Source: Macrostomum lignano (Eukaryota). From it: a DNA stretch of 29,060 bases. The notes below the pieces were generated by a model. That model ran no database searches. It saw only the letters and a list, made by a program, of their open reading frames with translations, and had not been told where the DNA came from. Positions 12,130-25,434 of the stretch are shown piece by piece. The translations under genes and the position numbers were made by a program. The stretch lies in the NCBI GenBank assembly GCA_002269645.1, contig NIVC01001099.1, positions 1 through 29,060 on the forward strand, given 5' to 3'. Position 1 is the first letter of the stretch, and every line of letters begins with the position of its first letter.

Positions 12130-12640
12130 ACCCCATGTCCATCTCTCATCTCTAATCTCTTATCTCTCATCTCTTATCTCATCTGTCGACTGTCATCTTT
12201 TATCTCTCCCCTCCCATCTCTCATCTCTCATCTATATAACTAAATCTCTCACCTCATCTCTCATCTCTCTTATCTATTATCTCTTATCTCTTATCTCTTA
12301 TCTCATGTTTTTTATATCTCATCTCTTATCTCTCATCTCTTATCTCTCATCTATAATCCCTCACTTCTTATCTCTCCCCTTCCATCTCTCCTCTCTCATC
12401 TCTTTATACCATCTCTAATCTTTGTATCTCGTCTCTAATCTTTTATTTTTCACCTCTCATCTCTCATCTCTCTCATCTCCTTTCATCCCTCGTGTCTCTC
12501 TTATTTCTCCTTTCTCTCTTTTATCTTTTCTCTCATTTCTCTTTTCTCTCATTTCTCTTTTCTCTCATTTCTCATTTCTCTCATTTCTCTTTTCTCTCAT
12601 TTCTCATTTCTCTTATTTCTCCTATCCTTCTCGTCACTCC
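12130..12640. repeat. Pyrimidine-rich low-complexity tract (TCTCA/TCTTA/TTTCTC)
   Basis: Read directly; almost no G on the plus strand. Confidence 0.9.
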
Positions 12641-12833
12641 TTAATCCGTATCAGCTGTAACAAACAGCTGAAATTTCTTAAGGCTAATTTCGCAATATTC
12701 GTAATTAGCGATCATCCTCTCCAGTCCACTCTTAGCAGCTGTCCGCCTCTTTTGGCAACAATCTGAGTCTCAATCAGATTTCACCTCGTTTAGTTAATAG
12801 GAAAAAAATCCACATTCGCACAGGTGATGCCAA

Positions 12834-13023
12834 TTCACCAATTCACCAGTTCACCAGTTCACCAGTTCACCAGTTCACCAGTTCACCAGTTCACCAGTTC
12901 ACCAGTTCACCAGTTCACCAGTTCACCAGTTCACCAGTTCACCAGTTCACCAGTTCACCAGTTCACCAGTTCACCAGTTCACCAGTTCACCAGTTAGGCA
13001 GTTAACCAGTTCACCAATTCACC
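12834..13023. repeat. 8-bp tandem repeat (TTCACCAG)n, about 22 units
   Basis: Read directly, with degenerate units at both ends. Confidence 0.97.
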
Positions 13024-13412
13024 TGGTCTGTGCCGGGGCCCAGTTGCCAAGCTATCAGATTTCCTAACGGCCGTCTAAGCCGCCCTACGCCCCAAGATTT
13101 TCTCTCGCTCGGACACCCGCAATCGATAGCTGCCCGGCTCCGCTGGACACATTCCGCTGTCGCGACTCGGCCACCGGGTCGAACACTGCGCCCTGCACCC
13201 GGAAATTGAAATCGCTGGTTTGCCCTCCTCCAATTTCCCAGCTGCCAGCCGGATAGAACTCTCCCACTCGCCTCTGCAACACTGAGTGGCGGCAGAGTCT
13301 TCTGCAGCTGAAAGCTTCATGCCACGTCATACCAGCGAAGTCTCCATTGGCTTGCAAATTGGGGCGGTTACGGGATCAACTTTCCGCTAAATCAAAAAGC
13401 TTTTAGTCTGCA

Positions 13413-15545
<2,133 letters not shown>

Positions 15546-16134
15546 CTTGTAGTAGCAGATTGAGCAAGTAAGGTGTGTTTCTCTAAGCATTCGTAGGCTG
15601 CAAATCTGACAAGCTTTTGTCCTGAATCGCAGAAATCCACCTCTGGATTATTTTAGCTGACAAATGAACATTTCAGGGGCTGTGCAGATCCTGCGGCTCA
15701 CTGAGGCGCGATGGATGGCTTGCAAAGCTGCGGCTCTATCCGGGCAGCTGACTCGGATAATCCACCAAAATTTTTCAACGGCTAGCGGGGATTTGTGGAA
15801 GCTTGACAACCGGCGCGCACTTGAAATTCCCATCGAAGCGGTGGCCCCGAACTGCTCGCCCGGACTTAAAGGGGCCAAAACAATGAAGGCCTTCCTATCA
15901 ACTGCTGGCTCCAGTGCACCGAAGGGGATGTTGTCACAAGCGCGGACTTTCCACAGGGTCCGGTGGAAATAAGAGCCAGATTGGCTCCAGTATGACAGTC
16001 AGAGTCAGCACTCGATTGCACACAACACTTGAGAATTGTTCACCAGCCATCAAATGAACCTTTCAGTGCAAAGTGGCCAAAAAATAAGTACGAGCCGTGC
16101 CAGCGTCAAAGAAGACGCCAAGAGCAGATGGCAA

Positions 16135-16596
<462 letters not shown>

Positions 16597-16706
16597 TGCC
16601 TCCTTCCAGCCAATGGCAGCCCCGATAAATATCCAGACAAAAGCGGCCGCACAGAAGTCAAGAGTAGGCGGCTACTTCGTGCCAACAGCAAGGACCCAAA
16701 GCAGCA

Positions 16707-18573
16707 ATGCCGTCCGTGAACTGTCAGCAGTGGATTTCGATATTTGCCATCGCCCTCTCAGCAGCAGTGGCGGCTGCGGCAGTCGCTGAGGCGCCAATCA
16801 GCTGCAGCGGAGCCGGTAGCGCGGAGCAGCGAGCTGCCCAGCTGGTGTTCGGGCTGCTGTCCGCCTACGGTGACTCCGGCCGCTTTGTCCAACCGGACAT
16901 CGGTGGGCCAAGCGGCGGCTTCCGAGTGAACATGAGCTTCCAGATTTTGCACTTCTACGGCCTCGACGAGAGCGAGATCCTTGAGATCGGCGTCTGGGCC
17001 GCCTTCCTGTGGCGCGACGGTCGGCTGGCCTGGCGCTGCCCCGGGCTGGCGGTGCTGAAGCTGCCCGCCGACAGGATCTGGCGGCCCGATGTCGGCCTCA
17101 GCAACACCAAGAAGGACAACCAGTTCGACTTTCGGCTGATGAGCGCGCTGGAGGCGCTGGTGTACCCGGACGGTTCGGTGTACACCTACTACCACCTGGT
17201 GACCAGCGTGGCCTGCCCTGTGGACGTGACCTTCTTCCCCTTCGACTCGCAGCTGTGCCGCTTCCAGTTCGGGCCGTGGACCAGCTACCGCGGCGGCTAC
17301 CAGATCCACCTGCCGCCGGCCAAGGTGCGCATGGCCAACATCTCCAAGTTCGTCAGCGAGTGGGACTTGGCGGGCTTCGATATCCAGGCCAGGTGAGCAA
17401 TTTCTTTCATGCAAAAGTTTTTTCCCGAGAAAGCGTGTGACACTTCCAGTTCTCACAAGGTGCATGCTATGAGCTGGAACTGGCACCAAGGCACCAAGTT
17501 CATCAGCTTTTCAGCTCATCATTTCCTCAGCTTCCGTCCCACGAGGAGCTCGCAGGGAGCAGCATCGTATTTGCCACAGCCATGGACAGACACACTGATG
17601 CGGCCTTCAGTGACCACCATCTCGCCCGGATAAGGACAGACACACTGATGCGGCCTTCAGTGACCACCATCTCGCCCGGATAAGGACAGACACACTGATG
17701 CGGCCTTCAGTGACCACCATCTCGCCCGGATAAGGACAGACACACTGATGCGGCCTTCAGTGACCACCATCTCGCCCGGATAAGGACAGACACACTGATG
17801 CGGCCTTCAGTGGCCACCATCTCGCCCGGATAAGTGCGCAGTTCCAGAAACGCTGGCTATAGCGCGCACAGACGCTAGGCTTAGAGCCGTGCACAGACCG
17901 GTAGGTTCTCAATGAGATCAGAGACACCGAAGTTCTGGTGTCAGCTTCAAAGCCCCGGTGAATACAAAGTACGCTCGTATATGCTCAAACTGGCACGATA
18001 CCACAAAACTGTTTTATCACACAGCTGACGTCAATCTAGAGTTCAATGTTGGAGTGACAACTTCAAAGCTGGAGTGACACCGAGCCGCAAAACCCCAAAA
18101 CCAACAGGCAGTACTTCGACGACAACGTGCAGCAGATCTGGGACTACTTCGAGGTGCAGGTGGAGCTGCACAGGAGGCCCTACTACTACCTGTTCGTCAT
18201 CGTGCTACCGTTCTTCATGCTGTCCATCACGGCCTGCCTGGTATTCCTGGCTGACGAGCCCGGAGACCGAGTGAACATGTCCATCGCCATCCTGCTCACC
18301 ATGACGCTGTACATCATGATCAGCAGCTCGAGTTCGCCCAAGTCCATGCAGACAATTCCGCTGCTGGGCATCTACATCATGGTGCAGATGGCGGTGCTCA
18401 TCCTGCTCACCTTCTGCGCCATCTGGAGCCAGCTGCGCCCAGGCAGCGGCAGCCAGGCGGCTGCATCGCGCCGGCAGCGGGACGCGTTCTTGATGTACCT
18501 GTACATCGGCCTGACCCTGGCCAACGTGTGCGCCTGCATGCTGGTCACCCCGCTCACCAAGAGGATGATGTGA
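16707..18573 (+). CDS. Cys-loop pentameric ligand-gated ion channel subunit, nAChR-like non-alpha, 2 exons, 383 aa
   Basis: Exons 16707-17392 (GCCAG|GTGAGC) and 18108-18573 (CCAACAG|G) join in frame. Features: hydrophobic signal peptide, W-D-x-x-L-x-W-like WRDGRLAW, IWRPDVGLSN, Cys-loop CPVDVTFFPFDSQLC, FGPW, RRPYYY before M1, and four TM segments. There is no vicinal Cys-Cys in loop C. Confidence 0.95.
17584..17833. repeat. 5 x 50-bp tandem repeat in the LGIC intron
   Basis: Unit GGACAGACACACTGATGCGGCCTTCAGTGACCACCATCTCGCCCGGATAA at 17584, 17634, 17684, 17734 and 17784; one substitution in the last copy. Confidence 0.97.
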
Positions 18574-19142
18574 CCCCGGGGGTCCGACTGGGGGCTCGGA
18601 GCTTCAGCCAAAGATTAGAGGGTGGTGGGAGCGGGGAGGCCTGAAGATTGGAGGATTGCGGGAGCGGGGAGGCGGGAGCAGCGAGTGGGATTGGAGCCGT
18701 CAGCTAAAGATTTGTTTCATAAAGTGCCATGAGTTCAGACGCTGAAAAATCGCTGCCAGAGAAAATTTCCAAAGCAAGAATTCATCAAGTGCAAAAATTT
18801 TTTTAATCAGTACTCGTAGGAAATTAAAGTGCATTGGTTTATTTCAGTCTCCGACTTTGAAAAACGTGAACTTTAATGAGATTTGAGTCAAATTCTTTGG
18901 TTGCCGTACAAAGCGCAGAAAATCTGTTTTTAAGAAGACAAAGATGCTGTTTTGTTAAAAGCGTTTTTAGAGACTTTAGACGTTTTTTGAGCATGCAAAA
19001 TAGAAGTGCTCTTAAGCCTCTAAATCGTGGGCATGACGATTTAATGAAAAATGCTGTCTTGACGGCTGAGTTCACTTTGGAAGCAGAAAATGGCCAGTGG
19101 GTAAAAAAACTTGCTGTTAACACAATTGAGCCAGCAGAGGAA

Positions 19143-19651
19143 GGGGGTCACTTGCACAGGTGGACCAGCTCAGGGGTCACTTGCACAGGTGGACCAGCAC
19201 AGGGGGTCACTTGCACAGGTGGACCAGCTCAGGGGGGTCACTTGCACAGGTGGACCAGCTCAGGGGGGTCACTTGCACAGGTGGACCAGCACAGGGGGTC
19301 ACTTGCACAGGTGGACCAGCTCAGGGGGGTCACTTGCACAGGTGGACCAGCACAGGGGGGTCACTTGCACAGGTGGATCAGCACCGGGGGTCACTTGCAC
19401 AGGTGGACCAGCTCAGGGGGGTCACTTGCACAGGTGGACCAGCTCAGGGTCACTTGCACAGGTGGACCAGCACAGGGGGGTCACTTGCACAGGTGGACCA
19501 GCTCAGGGGGTCACTTGCACAGGTGGACCAGCACAGGGGGGTCACTTGCACAGGTGGATCAGCACAGGGGGTCACTTGCACAGGTGGACCAGCTCAGGGG
19601 GGTCACTTGCACAGGTGGACCAGCTCAGGGTCACTTGCACAGGTGGACCAG
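19143..19651. repeat. 17 x 28-31-bp tandem repeat made of the last six Wnt codons, the stop and a few UTR bases
   Basis: The sense-strand unit CTG GTC CAC CTG TGC AAG TGA CCC(C)nTG(A/T)G encodes LVHLCK*. The copy at 19651-19631 is the real CDS end. Confidence 0.97.
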
Positions 19652-21388
19652 CCGGGTCACGGGGCACCAGTCACACCGGACTCTGCAGCACCACTTGAAT
19701 CGGCAGTCGCATTTCTCCGCCGTGGTGAACAACCGAGATTCGAACCCGCGACCGCAGCAGAGGCTCAGGCAGCTGTGCGGGCCGCCGTTGGGCCGGTCCA
19801 GCCAGCACCGCCGGCCCCGAGTGCCTGGCAGTCCCCGGTTCGAATCCGGCAGGCAGTAGTCGGGCGACTCGGTCAGGAACACCAGGCCGGCGCCGTCGGG
19901 CTTCCGGCTGCCGCGTCGGCGACCCGCAGGCGACGCAATTTGGTGCCGCGGCGGGCGTCAAGGCGGACGCGCTCGGCCGCGGTGTACAGAGTCAGCAGGC
20001 GGTCGCCTGTGCGGCTGAACTGGCCGAGCTGCTGCCAGCAGGTGCGCAGAGAGCAGCTGCCGGAGAGCCCGTGGCATTTGCAGGCCACCTCAGCGGCGTT
20101 GAACACGGCCTGCAGTGGGCGGCGGGGAGAGCTGGGTGGGTGGCCCGCTTGCCAGTGGCCTGCTCGGTGTGGGACTGGCTTGGGAGAGGACGTTGGACAG
20201 AGGAACAGTCTGTCAGGACACCAGTCTGTCAGGACACCAGTCTGTGAGGACACCAGTCTGTGAGGACACCAGTCTGTGAGGACATCAGTCTGTCAGGGGA
20301 CCAGTCTGTCAGGACACCAGTCTGTGAGGACACCAGTCTGTCAGGACACCAGTCTGTCAGGACACCAGTCTGTCAGGACACCAGTCTGTCAGGACACCAG
20401 TCTGTCAGGACACCAGTCTGTCAGGACACCAGTCTGTCAGGACAGTAGTCTGTCAGGACACCAGTCTGTCAGGACACCAGTCTGTGAGGACATCAGTCTG
20501 TCAGGACACCAGTCTGTCAGGACACCAGTCTGTCAGGACACCAGTCTGTCAGGACACCAGTCTGTCAGGACACCAGTATGTCAGGACACCAGTCTGTCAG
20601 GACACCAGTCTGTCAGGACACCAGTCTGTCAGGACACCAGTCTGTCAGGACACCAGTCTATCAGGGGACCAGTCTGTCAGGGGACCAGTCTATCAGGGGA
20701 CCAGTCTGTCAGGGGACCAGTCTATCAGGGGACCAGTCTGTCAGGGGACCAGTCTATCAGGGGACCAGTCTGTCAGGGGACCAGTCTGTCAGGGGACCAG
20801 TCTATCAGGACACCAGTCTGTCAGGACACCAGTCTGTCAGGACACCAGTCTGTCAGGACACCAGTCTGTCAGGACACCAGTCTGTCAGGACACCAGTCTG
20901 TCAGGACACCAGTCTGTCAGGACACCAGTCTGTCAGGACACCAGTCTGTCAGGACACCAGTCTGTCAGGACAGTAGTCTGTCAGGACACCAGTCAGGGGA
21001 CCAGTCTGTGAGGACATCAGTCTGTCAGGACACCAGTCTGTCAGGCAGCCTACCCTCCTGCCGGCCTCATTATTGTGGAGGTTCATCAGCGCCCTGGCAA
21101 GACGGTCGCTCCGTCGCGGATGGCTGCCTTCAGTCTCGCGAGCGTCCACAAAAGTGCGCGCGAACGTGTAGCCAAACAGCAGGTCATCGCCGCAGCCGCC
21201 CCAGAGCCAGTCCCTGGGCAGGTTGTTCGGTCTCAGGGCCGTTGAGCAGCCGCAGGCGGCACCGGCTGGCCGACTGCCGTCCCGGCCGGCCTCGTCGCTG
21301 TCGACGGCGGCTTGGCGGCAGGCGCGGGCGACCGCGTGAGAAACACCGGCTGCCGTGATGGCGTGGGCGAAGGCGGCCTCCCGGGTCA
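19631..21388 (-). CDS. wnt5: Wnt5-like ligand, last two coding exons only; one 1-nt frameshift at about 19924
   Basis: Exons 21388-21054 and 20109-19631 with [41 protein letters not shown] and [12 protein letters not shown]|[25 protein letters not shown] match the Wnt5-type sequence. The C-terminus is ESPDYC...CCGRG...[16 protein letters not shown]...LCK*. The 479-nt last exon needs one extra G in CGGGT. Confidence 0.88.
20201..21045. repeat. About 52 x 16-bp minisatellite GGACACCAGTCTGTCA filling most of the last Wnt5 intron
   Basis: Read directly. A variant block GGGGACCAGTCT(A/G)TCA spans about 20655-20810, and the array starts about 8 nt after the donor. Confidence 0.97.
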
Positions 21389-21622
21389 CTGCAGCGGGAG
21401 AAGTCGCGGTGCATGCGTTTGCAAATCGTGAGAGGTCGCCTTCTAGTGAGGGGTGCAGAGTTGCATGCAGCTCAACGTCTGCACCCCGGGTTCGATTCCG
21501 TGGGCTCATCAGGGGCGATGCCCGTCTGCTTCAAACTTCTTAGTGACTATGCAAAGCTTTTTATAAGCAGTGTTTCGTTCGTAAAGGTTTGTTTCTTCCG
21601 TTGCTGCTTTCAAAACCAAAAT

Positions 21623-21891
21623 GGGGGTCCGTAGCCCAGTGGTCTAGCGCGGTGCTCTGATTGCTCGATTCCAAGTGCAGTCACACTAGTTTGAGACAAA
21701 TTGGAATCTCGGTTTGGCTCTGCTCGTGCCCAGCTTGAGGGCCAACCCCAAGGCACAGTGAAGTGTACATGCCTAACGATAAATTAAGTCAGGGCCGCTG
21801 TACATTACTGTGTGAGTGTGTGCCTGTGCGTATGACTGGCAGTAGTGTCTCTCGCCGGTTGAGTGACAATGTCACTTAAAGTGCACCAGGG
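21623..21891 (+). mobile_element. tRNA-derived SINE-like element, copy 2
   Basis: Head GGGGGTCCGTAGCCCAGTGGTCTAGCGCGG contains a good A-box (TAGCCCAGTGG), followed by a B-box-like TGCTCGATTCC. The body is homologous to 10600-10874. Confidence 0.72.
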
Positions 21892-22218
21892 TCGCCCACA
21901 GCGTATACTAACTCTAACAAAATAAACTGCCGCTTCCACAACAGGGGGCTCAAATTTGCTAGTCTACTTACAATAATGCGCTCGTATTAAGTAATCAACG
22001 CACATAAGTATAACAAATTATTAGCAGTAAAAGGACAATAAAAAAGAATAAAATATTGTCGTTTTGATACGCGTCATAAAATCAGAGGAGAATCACCTAA
22101 GTCTATCATGAGTATATTTGCGTCGCGGACATTGCAGCTTATCAGAAAGTGTCATTGCCACAGTATTTTTACCAACAGCTTGAATCCATCCGATAACATT
22201 TGGTAGCCGGTGGGTTTC

Positions 22219-24148
22219 TCAGCACGTCCAGCTCGTACGAGTGAAGATGACGAACATCCAGATGAGAATTGCCGACAAGTGAAGAGCTGGGCTGTGCTGA
22301 CGAATAGCATCTTTGCTGTGCAGCCTCCACACCTCGGCCTGTTTGCTTTGCACCAGATTCCAGCCGGTCTGCACCCGGTACTCCGGCAGGCCGAATAGTC
22401 GAGCCTCGGACTTGGTCACTGAAGCGGAACATTCGAAGGACGCCTTCCACGAGACCCACCAAGCCTCCTCCTTCTTGCTAGTGGCCCGAACTGTCAATGC
22501 GCTGCTTGAGTCGGTGCGGTTGCTGCTCAGCGCGGTGCCCCTGGGGTCAGTGCTGGCCAGGCTTGAACCTCTCGAGCAGGCGGAACCGGGGCACCAGCTC
22601 GACTGGCTCGATGCCGGAGTAGGTCACCGCGCAGCTCAGCGAGGCCGGCTCCGACTTCGGGTCGAAGTGCAGCGTCTCAGTGCTGACAGACTCGGCCGTG
22701 AACAAGGGCAGCGAGACTACTGACACGTGGTAGGTGTACTTGATGACCCCAGCAATAATGGTGTACTTTCCAGCGTGCATCTCGGAGGTCAAGCCGACCA
22801 GATCGATGTTGCACGAATTGGGCGACACCGAGAAGAACCTGGAGCACGGAGGTCGGCCAGCACGTCCAGCGTGTTCGGAGAAGGAGCCTTCATTGCTGCA
22901 GTGGCTGCCTTCGAAGCCGACTTTAAATCGCAAATCATCGTTGCAAAACACCGGACACGACAGCGACATGCCGCGAAGGTGGGCGGGCAGCAGAATCCAC
23001 GAGGAAGTATCGTCCGTAGGCAGGAAGCAGGTATTTGCAAAAAGTCCCAGTGTTCTCAAATGGTTAGTCGAGATTGATCTTTTCGAGCGATGTGAATGAA
23101 GGCCTTCGAGTATAGATCTGGTTTTCCCAATGTGAAACGTCAGATAGTAGGGCCACAGCTCTCCCACGACGGAAACATTGAGGCATACGTCATAACCGCC
23201 TTCAACGTTCCAAACTGGATCCCATGAGAAACGATCATACCTATGGGTGCCGTGTAGAACGCCAGTGTCTAAGTCTAGAAAATAATTTATCAAATTCTTA
23301 ATCCTATTTGTGCTGATGGTTCCGCCGGCTCCAGCTGAGGTCATAACCACTACCGGTAGAGTCTGGCTGACAGCACCGCAGCTCCGGCTGTAGTACACAG
23401 TCAGGGTAAGCAGGTTGCGCACCATCGGCTCCGCCTGCTTGATGACCTCAAGAACATTCTTGTGCAGAAAGTCAAGGCGGCTACGAGCCTTCATATTTGG
23501 ATAATGAACCCACCTAGCCATCGCGTAGTTCCGAGAGGTCAAATACCTGAACGCTCGGGGTGTCACAAAGCCAAGATATTCAATCCCTGGCGGCACGGTC
23601 TCAGTAGAGACTTTGCCCAGCGCGTCAAAGTTGAAGACGAACAGGCTGGCGGACTCGAGCTCGCCCTGGTGAAAACTCAGTCTCAGTCTGAACTCCAGAG
23701 TGTGCCTGAGCGCTTGCTTAAACGGTACCTGGTTCTCCTGCGACAGAGTCAGGCGGTACATCGCATGGCTCACTCGCTCCAGCGTGAACGGTCTCAGCGG
23801 CCTGCAGTGCGTGCTGCTCGACACACCGGCATCCAGCAGAGCTTCATTGAACTTGGAGTCCGTGGACGAACACTTGAAGAGCAGTCGGACTGACTGCAGG
23901 CTCGCGTTGGCCCCCCTCGGGTCGGTGCGAAAATTGAGCGGCTGTCCCGCCATGAGCACGGAGACTTGCGGAGTGCCGCTGGGCCGCCAGTCCTCGCTAG
24001 ACGGCAAGTAGTAAGTGGGCGCTTTGTGCGTCACGGACGGGTGCTGCAGCGCCGGCAGCAGGTCATCGTCAGAGAGGACTCGGTGCGCCAGAAGCCAGCA
24101 GGCGAGAAGGCAAGTCAGCGCTGTCAGGTGCAAGTCATCTGCTCTCAT
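22219..24148 (-). CDS. Intronless uncharacterised secreted/surface protein (about 640 aa): signal peptide, RSKR site, Ig-like motifs, hydrophobic C-terminal tail; one frame break near 22600-22550
   Basis: The 539-aa ORF (first ATG at 24148, MRADDLHLTALTCLLACWLLAHRVLS) continues in another frame through ORF 22219-22497 to ...PALHLSAILIWMFVIFTRTSWTC*. Ig-like spacing appears in SLSCAVTYSGIEP..SW and HAGKYTI. The coding call is solid; the Ig assignment is tentative. Confidence 0.7.
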
Positions 24149-24650
24149 TCTATTTGTTGATATCACGAAAGTATTTGCCGTCTGTTTTTGATTTCAATTC
24201 CGAGCTGCTGGGCAGCGGGCAGTGTCGGGTTTGATGCCAAATTTGGGCACTGCGAGTGCTCCCAGTCGCAAAGTATAGAAAAAATGCTGGTTGCCACAGA
24301 CAGTTTTAGCTGCGGAGTGAAATTTTAAGCGTAAAATGTGAGCTCACGGAATTAATTAGAATAGAAAATAAGAGGTGTACACGAAATATCGCGCATGCAT
24401 CCAGTGGTGCTGCGAGTTTTACTTGTCTTTGAACAATCTTGACTTGGTCAGCCTTGGGAGTTGCATTGTTCTATAGATATTTGCATTGCTTCACGTAAGG
24501 CAATAACTGCGGTTGTTTAACGCTGCTGACTCGGTCATAGACAGTTGTGGGCGTAATTTATTTAACAAAGCAACGGTAAAATAATAAACGCGATAACAGT
24601 TTTGAGTTTTTTCATTCAAAACAGTTTGAATTTTCGATGCCGGTGAACCA

Positions 24651-25403
24651 TCACTTAGAAAAAGTAAAAGAGCAGTTTTCGAACTTGCACTCTGTGAATA
24701 TAGATTCCACGGAACTCGTGACACCGATTGATCGATTGGATATCGATTGGATTGCTGCCCACGTAGCAACCGCAGGTTCAAGTGATTCGCCGTAGGTAGG
24801 CTCAATTGCCGATGCTGAAGTTGACGACGGACCAGCACTGCTTGCAGACTTCACGAGAGCCTGGCCGATGGACGATGACGCCTCCCGTACGACATTGTCA
24901 CGTTTCCGTGATAGGTAGCGTCCGTCGCACAGTTGCTTCGTTTAGCAGCCCCCAGTAATGCACATTATGTCACTAAGTACAAAACCAGAGTCCTTCAGGT
25001 CAGCAATTCGGGTCACTTGAATACTATGACTAGTATAGGTCCTCGACAGGAGACACACTTTGCTCAGTCTTTGCATAATTGAGCCGAGCCAGTTGATGCC
25101 ACGCACCTGCTTTGTTGAGAAGCGAACTACAGTATCCTTGTTTGGCATTGGTCTCGGAAAAAAGGTGTCATCCTTTGTTTCCGCGGGCAGTGACGCAGAG
25201 TACAGCAGAATCAGCTCTCTCTGCTTACCGTAGATTCTCGCCTGCTTATTGACGAATGATTTAGCTTTATTTGGATCGGCGCTCTGGTTTTTCGTTGGCA
25301 GAGTCGGTAGCTCCAGATAGGGATGCCCATCAGAATCTACTTTGTCCACGAGAAGATCTCTCCTTCGTAGACTTTTTAGGTGTTCTTGGCCGCGCAATCT
25401 CAA
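24651..25403 (-). mobile_element. Decayed Crypton-type (DUF3504-like) tyrosine recombinase remnant
   Basis: RGQEHLKSLRRRDL (catalytic Arg motif), DSDGHPYLEL, FFPRP, GINWLGSIMQRLSK..LSRTYTSHSIQVT..DLKDSGF..SDIMCITG, then NEATVR/RYL across indels, and a C-terminal IFTECKFENCSFTFSK*. These match the motif order I recall for Crypton/KCTD1/ZMYM-type domains. It has an internal stop and an HxxR to HSIQ change. Confidence 0.8.
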
Positions 25404-25434
25404 TGGTGTCTGTCTGTCTGTTATCGTCTAAATA

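Noticed and set aside
17584-17833. CRISPR-like appearance of palindromic repeats (also 7995-8224 and 19143-19651)
   Set aside because: There are no unique spacers and no cas genes, and the context is eukaryotic.
17837-17854. RFWNCA on the minus strand, resembling the missing Wnt RWNC exon
   Set aside because: It lies downstream of the Wnt stop, inside the LGIC intron, and has no CxxQF context.
18876-21358. ORFs 18876-19859, 19111-19698, 19160-20263 and 20276-21358
   Set aside because: They are made of tandem repeat plus the antisense of Wnt exons.
21623-21675. tRNA gene call for the SINE head; also B-box-like words at about 4722 and 21489
   Set aside because: No cloverleaf can be formed: the anticodon and T arms and the acceptor pairing are missing.
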